A stretch of DNA of 64,000 bases from Callorhinchus milii (taxonomy: Eukaryota), in the NCBI RefSeq assembly GCF_018977255.1, contig NW_024704742.1:45944001-46008000 (forward strand), read 5' to 3'. The position numbers and the translations under genes were made by a program. Positions 53,405-64,000 of this stretch are shown in pieces (the first letter of the stretch is position 1; each line of letters starts with the position of its first letter). The notes below the pieces were generated by a model, which saw only the letters and a list, made by a program, of their open reading frames with translations, was not told where the DNA came from and searched no databases.

Positions 53405-54221
53405 AACACGGATAAAGTCCAAAGTTTAATATGGCGTCTTGAGCACTTAATGGCAGAAGAGAATTAACTCTATGTTATGCAGAATGTGCCTGTGTCATTG
53501 AATTCAATTTGGAGTAAATCGCCTGGAGATACAGCATTTATCATATGCTTGGCTGAAACACGACTTTTATAGTGTTAAAATGTTGTATAATATCTGAAAA
53601 TCAATAGGGAGGAGACACACCTTTTGCTATCTGGTTTTATAAGCATCCAGTAATAAATGTTGGTTTCATTACAATTTCCCCACCTGCTCTTTTCACACCA
53701 AGAAATGTGTTACTTTTGCAGCAAAGTGTTGATTAGCATCATTTTTTCATCCTCTGAGATACAGTAGGCCATGCCTACAGAAAGGTTTGACAGCTTGTAC
53801 ATGAGGACTGGGGAGTTTAATATGTTTCATATGTCATGCACAGCACAGTATTGGAAAAGAATTAAGCAAAACCAAAAATAAATTCTTCGATAAGCTTGAA
53901 AAATGTTAGCTGACACGTGGGGAATAATGTTTAAAGCCCACAGTCATTGTTATACGTTTTGCAAACTGCTGGAACAGTGCTTTGAATGACAGAGCAGCTG
54001 AGCTGAACAAAAAGGAAACGACACATTCATAGCTGAATCAGTCTTGATACTCTATTTCTCATTACTTCTGAAGCACGTACCAAGAGGGGAATACAAAACC
54101 CTGAAAAAAAAGCACTGCCTCAATCGGAGCAGTTATTCAGCAGTGTAAGAACAAATAATTGCTAGTACAGAAATTTAGCACCAGCACCCAAAAGGAAAAG
54201 AAAAGCATTAGAGAACCTGTC

Positions 54222-54517
54222 GCCTTGAAATACCACCTACTTTTAACCGACAAGATTGTTTTGTCTTAACGTTTAAGGAGGTGTGGATTGTGATGAATTC
54301 TTCAATTTAGCCGTAACAAGCTATAAAAATTTGCCATTGAAATTTACAGCACAGAAGAAGACCATTCAGTCCAACATGTCAAGCCAGCTTTCCCTAGTTC
54401 TTAAAAAGAACCAGCTTTCAAATTAAGACTGAATTGAAGAATTTGCTGCAGTTCCGCATGATTTTAAATTTTAAGGCAAATAGTCTTTTAGGCTAGAACT
54501 AGGGTAAATTCCAAGCC
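54222..54517. mobile_element. Palindromic MITE-like element, subfamily A, with a CR1 tail in its loop
   Basis: gccttgaaataccacctacttttaaccgacaagattgttttgtcttaa versus reverse complement of right arm ggcttggaatttaccctagttctagcctaaaagactatttgccttaa. Confidence 0.6.
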
Positions 54518-57500
54518 TTGGATCTGTCAACAGCTAAGCAAAATTTGTGAAAAGTACAATAATGAATGGCTTAATTTCTGTATGACTGCACAACTCCATG
54601 ACTAAATGAATTGCAGATCCAGATTGAGAATTGGCTTTGTGCATTTCATCCTATAGTGGATTTAATGATTTAGAAATGCCTAATAGTTGAAGTAGAGGTG
54701 TTGCACTCATCTATCATCCAGAAGGATGAGGACAGTTGGCCGAAGGATCTTTTTCATCTGAACATCTTTTGCAATCATCTATTGCTGTGTAAAGGCAGAC
54801 AGACAAAGTAACTCATTTTGGGATAACACTGCTGGAAAAAAGGGTGAATCGGAGTCTGATGATGCAAGTGCTTTCTTGCCTCCCACCTCACGTGTATGTT
54901 TAGAAACTCGTAAGCAACACTGCAGCTGTGACCATGGCAGACAAAACAGGAATCTCACAACCACAGGAGTCTTTTCAAACATGGGCAAAATTGCAGAAAG
55001 CAATACTGCAGTCAATGCACAAAGAAACAAACAGGGATGTTATCCAGATGCCAATAAACATAGCTGACCAATCCAAGTGAAATGTCAGGAAGAATTCCAA
55101 CACATGCCCTTATGATTTCAGCAAGACATGTTCTGGAATTGGACCAAATTAAAGGCATTCATGTGTTTCTGTTCTGCTGTGTAATACACTTCTAATAATG
55201 CTCCAGTGAAAAATAATAATTACCACAACAGTATAAAACATAATCACAATAGATTTTCTTTATACTTCTGCACCACATTCCATTATCATCTTAATCAGAT
55301 TCATTATTATGATGGAACGGCTGTACTATTTAGAAAGTGCAATGCAGTGCTTGTTTTGTCAGGCAAAATTCCTGGTTTCAAAACCACTTTAGGTGACTTA
55401 TTGAAAATCTAATTACGGTAACTTTCTATAATATAATATGAATGCTAATGTATTCCAAAGTTACTGGATCCAGTATCACCACAGAATACCAACTCAGATT
55501 GAATTATTCTGGGGAATGTGTCTGAATTCAATCTGACAAAGTCCATTGCCCTGAATAATTTTATGGTACAGCTGAATAAGCTAAACTGTAGTTTTGAACC
55601 ACTGAAAATGATCCACACTAACCAGGGATTCCAAATGTTCCTGGTCAGGGCCTGTCAATGAATTATATAGAATGATATGACATGGAAACTGTCCATTCAG
55701 TCCAACTAGTCTGTATTTAGATTTATACTCTACATGAGTCTCCACCCCTCCCATACCCCTCTCTTATTCTCTATTCACTTCTCCCTCATGTATGTCAGAC
55801 GGGTATATATACCACTATTATTCAGAAGTCCAAGGGAGTAAAACACATTTTAATGCTCCTTAAATTTAAAAAAAGCAATTAGAAATACTGCAATTGTTAT
55901 CCCATGGTATTAACACTTGACCAACGTTGCTCCCTTGTGGAAAATGGATGAAATCATTTAGTTTAAATAATATATAATAAAAATGTTTTATTCATTAGTC
56001 ATCTCACCATAGGAAGGATTGCTCCATGTTTTGGGCTAAGATATTCTTTGAAACATAAATGGAAAGAAACATCTGATTAAAGATACGCACAAATTGAAAT
56101 GTGTCAGATTTGTGCTTCTTCAAAAGTTCAGTACTGTGTTGGATTCAGGTTTAAGTATGTTACTTGGATAGCCTGAGTGCAATTTCCAGATGTACCAAAT
56201 CTTCACTTGCTTCAGTGCGACAGATGTCAAGCGGGGACTAATAGTGACTGCAAAGGATATTTAAATATATATTTGATATATATACTGTTTTCCTCTAACT
56301 AATGTAATTTTTCTTTACATGCCCATTTCCAACAGTTTGAATGGAGTTATGTTTAGGAATGGGTCAAACACTTAACAATCAGAAGTCGAGAATTCATCAG
56401 CATTCCTACAGACCAATGAACATCCGATTCGCAAATAGCCACCAGGCTGTCAAATATGTTTTAAGTCTACAGTGGCTGGGTTAAATTTCAGCTCTGCATG
56501 AATTAAATTGGACAAGTAACAGTCAATTATAAACAATAATACACTGCAGACCCAAGGCTCTGGAAGCTGAGACCACAAAAATTAATGAATATTGTTTCAG
56601 GACAGTGCTTTGGAACCTTTTTCACAGGAATAAGAAATCCCTTTAGCAACTCATTAGTGACAGTTGGTAATCTTGAACCAGATGTAAACCGTAATACAAT
56701 TTCAGTTGGTTAAGTTTGCACCCAAACTTAAAGTTACATCAATTATAGAAATCACTAATCCATGGCCTGATATATATCTTGGGGCAGTCCTTGAATCCTC
56801 TTAGATTGTACTGTACAGCGCTGCAATGTACTGGCTTGGTTGAGGGGTCATTATTTGTTATAATAATAATCTTTACAGTTGATATAAGACCTTTCACATT
56901 AGGAGGATGTCTCAAAATGCTTCACAAGACACATTGTAGAGTGACTGTATTTTATAAGTCTAGTACGGCAGCCAATTTATGCACAGCAACATCCCATAAA
57001 GAGACATGAAGTCAATGACCACATCCTTCAACCTTGTGGAGCTGTTATTTACGGTGGGGTGCATCAATGCACAAAATGGCTGCACCACTTGTGAAAGCAA
57101 TAACCTTTGAATCACATTGAGACATTTTGCTGTTAGACCAAATGCAAGTATTATTATTAAATCATAGCTATTATTTCAACGTTTTCTTGATGTTATTAAC
57201 TGTTACTCCTAAAATAGTTCAAAGATATATATATTATATGTATGTATATAGAGGTTGATGTAGAATATTTATAAATCAGGTAGATTAATGCAGATTGATG
57301 CAGATTTGCTATCTCAGTGTCTCACATATGTGGAAACCTCATGACAGCTTAAACTTCTCCAATTCCAGTTATCAAGCGCTCACACTAATAAGCTTCCTCC
57401 TTATTCTCCAGCTATGACCATCCTATGTGTTTTGGCATTAGCTTGGAGGGGTATTAGGAGTTGAGAGGAAGAATCCTGAATCCTCTCTACCACCCCATCT

Positions 57501-57939
57501 CAATGACAATTTAACTCTTCAAGTCCTGCTGATGAACCAGGCAAGGTGGTTGGTAATCAAGATTAGTTTTGGTTGCATCATATCTGTTTGGCTCATGAAT
57601 AGGATCATTTATCAGCAACAACATTACATTTGTATAGCGCCTTTCACGTCAGGAGGAAGTCCAATATAAATGAAATATATAATCTATAATGGAGAGCTAA
57701 TTCAACGTAATTCTTCCTTTGCAAAGGACTCCAACTTCGAATAAGATAAGTTGGGATTTTAGGAATCCTAAACGTCATGTTACAACAACGCTCCACGTTA
57801 TCAGTAACCTATATTTAATTTGTGCTCAACAGAATTGTAGTTTCAGAATTATCGTTTGGTTTTGTCGTTCAGGAAATTCTTTGAGGAAAAAGAAAGGGTA
57901 CTGTACCAAAGAGATTTAAGATTGAAAAAAATAAAAGTA

Positions 57940-58118
57940 ATAATAATAATTTGTGCACTCAATCTACGACTGTTTGTGGGACACTGCTGTGCGCAATTAG
58001 CTGCCGTGTTTCACCCACCAAATATAGTCAATTCACTTTATAATACATTCTGTGAAACGCTTTGAGACGTCTCAAAGAAGTAATAAGGTGCTATATCAAA
58101 TGCAAGGATTATTATTAT
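57940..58118 (+). mobile_element. Young SINE 3' half
   Basis: caatctacgactgtttgtgggacactgctgtgcgc...ggattattatt. Confidence 0.85.
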
Positions 58119-58519
58119 TTATATAAGATTGACTTTATTCTATAATTCCCTCTTTGGATTTGTTGTTAATGTCATTTCCAAAGCTTCAGTAACTCCTTGT
58201 GTTATACTACAGTACTGGGGGAAAAAATGCACACTGGAAAGTTTGTTTTCAGACTACAGGACATATGTATTATTTCAGATTTAATCATGGATCCTCCCTT
58301 CTGTCACATTAGGGTTCATATGGAGAAACCTTCCATCACATGAACAATTGTGCCATCAAATAGAATAACAGGCAGGGATAACTGGAAGCTTTCAGAACAT
58401 GAAGTGAGGGCAAGGGAATGTGAACTGTATCACCAGTGTCAGAGTTGCTGAAGTGTAACTGGGAAGCATTGCTTTTTATGAATGACTGAGTCAGGCGTTA
58501 ACCTTATTTTAATTATGGA

Positions 58520-58800
58520 ACAGATACAGGGGGGAGGTGAATGAAACAAGATGTTTAAAATGCTGAGAAGCAAAGATAAGGTAGATGTTTAAATTGGACT
58601 GTAGGTGCAGAAGTAAAGGACACAAGTACAAAATTAATAAGCATGAAGTGAGAGTGGAGATTAAACACTTTCCCCACAGGTTAGAGGAAATGTGCAGCAG
58701 ATTGCCAACAATAGTAGTTAATGCTGCAGCAATCCTTAAAAAATCAGTTTGATAAATTATTTGATTATAAATAAGAGTGAAGGTTATAGGGTTTATAGGA
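58520..58800 (+). mobile_element. Degraded CR1 fragment
   Basis: gatgtttaaaatgctgaga...ggacacaagtacaaaatt...cactttcccc, CR1 ORF2 3'-like. Confidence 0.5.
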
Positions 58801-59346
58801 TTATGGATGGAGAAAAATAATCCAAGATATCATGCAGTGTGGCTACTGTGACCACGCAAATATCAGGGTCAATTTTGTGGTATTTTATAACAATATTTTT
58901 TTCTTGGTCAGTTGGGTGTCCAAGACACATGAATATCATCATCTGCTTAACAGTATCTAAACTAAACTGAGAGTTCCACATAATGCATGAAAATGCCCCT
59001 ATTTCTGGAATGGAATGCAAATTCTCTCCCCAGAAGGATGCACCGTGTTTACCTAATTCCAGAAAGTATTGGACAAAAGTTTGGTTTGACAAAAGTTAAG
59101 AAATTCGTCTGTGAGACCATCTAGTGGGTACGCTCCACATTAATCTATTTCCAAGTGATTGTCATGTTATCTTACTTTACTGGAAGGAGATCCATCTGAT
59201 TCCTTAATTATGAAATCTTGGAAAATTGATTTTCATTATCTGTGGAAAAAAATCTTAGTGTAACTATGAATGGATGGATCTGACATTTTAGCTGGTTACT
59301 GAGAGGCCAGGGCATCGCTTTCTTTTAAAAGTTTAACATTTGGATA

Positions 59347-59803
59347 TAATAATAAATAATCTTACATTTGATATAGTACCTTTCACGTTCACGTTTTCAC
59401 ATTTCAGTACTCGTCATAAGTTTTACTGTAAAATGTAGTGACTGTGTATTTTGTAGGTAAATGCAGCAACCATCTTGCGCACAGCAATGTCCCACAAAAA
59501 AAAACATGAATGATCAATTTAATTTGGGAGATTGTGGTGTGAACATTGGGGGAAAGTCATTTCTCTTTTCAAATAGTATCATGGGATCTTTAATATCCAC
59601 CTGAACAGGTCGACAGGACTTTGGTTTAACACGTGATATGATGGTGACACTTCAAACAATTCAACATCCCCCACACCCCTCTCCTGCCCCACAGCACTAT
59701 ACTGAAGTATCAGCCGAGACCGAGTTCAAAGTCACACTTCGGGGCCTGAACCTACAACTTTCGGACTCAAAGTGGAAGGTGCTACCACTTGAACCAAGTT
59801 GAA
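59347..59803 (-). mobile_element. Older DeuSINE, near full length
   Basis: Tail, Deu (atgggatctttaatatccacctgaacagg) and head (gaacctacaactttcggactc...gctaccacttgaacc). Confidence 0.75.
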
Positions 59804-59989
59804 ACTATATTTCTAGGCTAACATATAAATGTACATTAAATTGGTGACTGATTGTATAGATGGAAGGAAGAAGCTTGATTGTCCAATTTATTTATCTCTT
59901 TATTTCTCCTTCATTAACCATTAGCATGAGATCAGTTTCTACATATATGCCAAGGACACAATACTTTATCTAACCACCAATACCCATAA

Positions 59990-60310
59990 TTTCAGCAGTG
60001 TTGTCCATCTCAATGACTGCCAGTCCAATATTAAGTACTTAACTGAGTTTTAAATTCCTTAAGTTTGATAACAACAAGATGAAAACTATCTTACTTTGTT
60101 CTCGCCAGTACTTTTGTGATTCCGGCTCCAAATTTATCAACCTCCTTGGCCGTTCACTCACACTTGACAAGTCTGTACACAGTCAAAGCATTCTGATCGA
60201 CGCTCAACTGTGCTTCAATCCCCACATCTGGTCAGCTCATCATTTATCTGTCAAACTGCTCCGAGGCATTCATTCTGCGTAAAAGGTGCATTGCAAGTAC
60301 AAGTTGTGAA
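59990..60310 (+). mobile_element. Degraded L2 fragment
   Basis: ctcaatgactgccagtccaatattaag...aacaagatgaaaactatc, L2 RT C-terminal-like, followed by a tail. Confidence 0.55.
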
Positions 60311-61274
60311 ATGCCTTTTGATTATTTCGGGTTCCTATGCTTTTTTGTGGTATCATTTTAGAATTTACATAGTATCATTTTAGAACACATCTAAAATATT
60401 CAAATAGCTTTAACCAAATCAGACATGAATATTCCTCAAAATATATATAATTCTTAGGATGTGGGGTTTGTTAGAGCTACAGTACAGATCTCTTTTTAGA
60501 GAGTTAAATATTCTCTTTATAAAGCCATTCCTATCAAACACTGTAATATACACTGTGTGGGGACTTAAGTGCTGCCTGAATAACTGTGCCTTTTAAACAG
60601 TCTCATTTATTAACAAGTTTCCACTGTGAAACAGTCAGGTAACATATGAGTCAGCTGCTATGCACTTGTTCATGGCAAAGCAGCCTGAACTCCCTCATGT
60701 CAAATTAGTGCTTTGAGGGCTGTGAGCTCAAGCCTACTGTGAATACATTGTACTGAACGAGCAACTCATTATGCCAGTGACCCCTTGCAACCATCAGAGA
60801 GAGGTGGCTTCCACAGTTAATCAACTAATCTCAGGTGGACCAGGTGAATATTCCAGTGCTGGATTATTGTGTCTGTGGTATAGACTTTTTGGAGTTTGTA
60901 AATGGAAAGTTATTTGCATCGTTTGTGCATTCATGACACATAGTTGACAAGACAATTTATACAGTGAAACACTAATAAATACTTTCACTTAACACCCAGA
61001 AGGGAGCACTGCAATTGTCAGATTTAGGCAATTGTCCATTTTAATTTAGGACTTGACAGCAGGGGAATACAGTGGTGAATGTTGGCATCAGCAACACAGA
61101 GGAGCAAACAAGAAGGACAAAAAGAGAAAGAGTCAGAGATTGGGAAATGCATTCCTGCTGTCTCCAGCTAGAGCAAGTGTTTCAAGGTTTGAATTCCTAA
61201 TGGTACTGACTGTGTGAGAGCCAGGGATGATCTCATGTTAGAGGTAAGGATTTTAATTACCACTATGGGAAGAA

Positions 61275-61393
61275 GTCCTGTATTGGTTAAAGCGCTCGCC
61301 TCACAAGTGAGAGGAACTGGTTTCAATTTCTGGGCAGGGCGAAACCTTAAGCAAGTTTCCTTACTCTACAGGCCTCTGTTTACCAAGCAGAAA
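61275..61393 (+). mobile_element. Long-form SINE, 5' part
   Basis: tRNA head followed by gcaagtttccttactctacaggcctctgtttaccaagcag. Confidence 0.75.
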
Positions 61394-61505
61394 TATTTAC
61401 ACATGTTAAACATACACACATGACATGCACATATTACACATGATAAACGTACACATTAGACATGTTAAGCAAATATATTACACATGTTAAAACATATACA
61501 TTAAA
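61394..61505. repeat. Degenerate tandem repeat (ttacacatgttaaa-like unit)
   Basis: Repeated ttacacatgttaaa / ttacacatgataaa / ttagacatgttaa. Confidence 0.65.
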
Positions 61506-61972
61506 GATACTTCTTCTAGCCATCACCAGAGTAGCTGAGATAAGAAGAAGGAACTGAACATGACAGGCAATTGATGTAATTTAGTGAGAATAATATAGTA
61601 CATATAATTATATAATTTTGTTCAAAGACAGCAAATTCCCTCCTCTTTAATGTTTAGCACCTCATAAATATTTGGAACTACTGTATGTTTGACTGAACTC
61701 TTCGTACCTTACATGTTCACAATACAGGATAGAGCATTGGAAGATAAGAATGGATCATAAGGAGTGAACTAAACGTGCTTTCTCTGTCACCAGGTTGGTT
61801 TGAGCGATAATAAGCATAGAAGTAATAAATATAAGATTAATTGTGTTCAACTAATCCTTTGCCTCCCTGTTAATTTTGCAATACACAGAAACTTTTTTTT
61901 AATACTTGATAGGAATTTGCTGATAATGAAAAATAATTGCTGTGTGCCAAAACTGTAATGTCAAGGTGGGCA

Positions 61973-62332
61973 TAATAATAATAATAATAATCCTTGCATT
62001 TGATATAGCGCCTTATCACGTCTTCAAGACATCTCTAAGAGCTTCACGGAATGTATTGAAAAGTGAAATAACTATATTTTGTGGCCGAAACCTGGTAGCC
62101 AATTGTGCACAGCAGTGTCCCACAAACAGTTGTGGATTAAGTGACCAATTTTTTTTAAGGTATTATTATCCCCAGAAAAGTGATCTGTCAATCAACTATG
62201 GGTTCCTACTTACTGCTAGGTAAACAGAGAAGTGTGGAGTAAGGGAACTTGACAAACGTTTCGTCCTGCCGGAAATAGAACCCAGGTCTCTCGCTTGAGG
62301 GGTGAGTGCTCTAACCACTGAGTTACAGGACT
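61973..62332 (-). mobile_element. Long-form SINE, full length
   Basis: Tail, Deu segment, extra gggttcctacttactgctaggtaaacagag block and full head ending ccactgagttacaggac. Confidence 0.88.
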
Positions 62333-62349
62333 CTGAAATCTGGCATAGA

Positions 62350-62590
62350 TGGTGTCAAAGGATATAATAAATATAACAACTCACATTTATGCAGCACCCT
62401 TCACATTCAATAATATGTCATAGCGCTTTACAATGAAGAGTTGAAATGAACTGAGTAAAGAAGAAGGGAGAGGGGGGAAAAGAGAGATGACTACAGGTAG
62501 GTTTTAAGGTGGGATTTAAAGACAAATAGAAAGGAAGTGAGACAGAGATAGAGGAAAGGAGTTCCAGAGATTAGGGGCATAGTCGCTAAG
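62350..62590 (-). mobile_element. L2 3' fragment
   Basis: ggagttccagagatt (LWNS on the minus strand) and reverse-complement tail. Confidence 0.6.
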
Positions 62591-62829
62591 AGTCTTCATA
62601 CCTTAGGAATGTGTTGATTGCGATGCATCAGTACTTAGAAAACACGATGTACAGCCTGACACAACAGAAATGGCCCTCATAGACACAATGGCAGTCAATT
62701 TGTTTATGATTAGATAAATAACAAGTAGCCAGTACATGGTAAAATGTTAAAGTTCATTCCTTTGTTCTGCTGCGTCAAACTAACTGAGCTTGATCAAGAT
62801 AAATAGCCAAGTTAGGGAAATAAAAGCTT

Positions 62830-63295
62830 TAATCGATTCCAGATAAAACAAATCCATGTGTCGGGATGTTGCCGGGACATCTGAAGTCCAACCTGTTTTA
62901 TTTAATTTAGGAGAAGGTCCTCATGTTCAAATCCCTCCATGGTCTTGCTGCACCCTACTTCTGTGACCTCAAGAAATCCTACTCTGAACTCTGAAAAAGT
63001 CATTCTTTCCTCTCACCAGTCTACTTCATGTCACCCACTCTCTCTGCCCTACCATCAGCTGGTGAGCCTTTAACCATTCTACATCCACTGTCTGGAACTC
63101 CATCCTGGAGACCTCTGCTTCTCGCTCTCTCTCCCTGCCCTCAAAGCGTGACTTAAGGCCAATCATTTACACCATGCTTTCAGACATCTTCCCCCCTCCT
63201 CTCACTTACCTCAGACTTGCAGTCAGATGTCTGACAAACTTTGAAACATCCTCCCAGTATGAAAGGCACTGTAACAAAGCGAATTATTTTGTTTT
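62830..63295 (+). mobile_element. L2 3' fragment
   Basis: gtcctcatgttcaaatccctccatggtcttgc...tctggaactccatcc...gaaaggcact. Confidence 0.7.
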
Positions 63296-64000
63296 TGTAA
63301 AGGTTTCTTTCAATAGAAGCTAACTACTGGAATTCCAACTTCTTTGCAAAGACAAAAACTGTTAACACCTCACTTAGATTATTCTGAAAGAGGGCTAGAT
63401 TTTGCCCATAATGACTGTCTCATACTAATGAAGTTATTGCACTCCTCTTAGAGGTGACAGTTCATTTATACCAGTCACATTAGGAATTGAAATGTTACTG
63501 TAAGTCAAGGACACCATTGCATTTTTATATTAAAATACATTGTTTGATTTTTATCCTTGAATGTTAAGAATCGTGCAAAGCAAGTTAGAGCATGTTGTCA
63601 TGGCAGTTATACATATTAGCATTATTTTGTTCTTCTCTGTAAACCCTAAGGAATCCTGAATTTACAGACATCAAAGAGCTCTAAATGGATTTCATTCCAC
63701 ATATATAGGTTTCATCAGCTCTGTGCAATTATTTATAGTATAAATTAATAATGCATTCAAATTAATATGCTGTTCATATATATGCTTGAAATTTTAAAAG
63801 CTGTTTAAAATAGCTCAAATAACATTGTAATTTTGTAACAGTGGATTTCTCCATCAAGAGATGCACAAGTGGCTCAGATTTCCATACTATTTTATTGCAC
63901 AAAAACGTGTTGAAATAAAAGATTTGTGTCTAGTGAAATGATACTTATGAAAGAGATTGAACTTTTTTTTCCAATTGCACCTATTCACATCAAACCTATT

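Overview
AT-rich vertebrate non-coding DNA, intronic or intergenic. The repeat content points to a cartilaginous fish, most likely a chimaera such as Callorhinchus; this is from recalled repeat families, not a search. The window is packed with tRNA-headed SINEs carrying Deu-domain sequence and an L2-type tail, 5'-truncated L2 LINEs, CR1 3' ends, and an older second SINE family. I cannot support any host protein-coding exon, RNA gene or CRISPR array. The long ORFs in the track are L2 ORF2 fragments or chance frames. Structure beyond the common repeats: (1) a clean 617-bp solo LTR with a 4-bp target-site duplication (TSD) splitting an L2 (26141-26757); (2) a ~570-bp GC-rich, A-tailed insertion with a TSD and no tRNA head, inside a CR1 (37328-37900); (3) at least six copies of related palindromic MITE-like elements in two subfamilies; (4) a probable decayed ERV env plus LTR (31540-32636) and a decayed Gypsy relic (48500-48910); (5) several isolated hairpins, one with pseudoknot-like topology. 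The sequence alone does not demonstrate a new biological system. Coordinates of degraded repeats are approximate.
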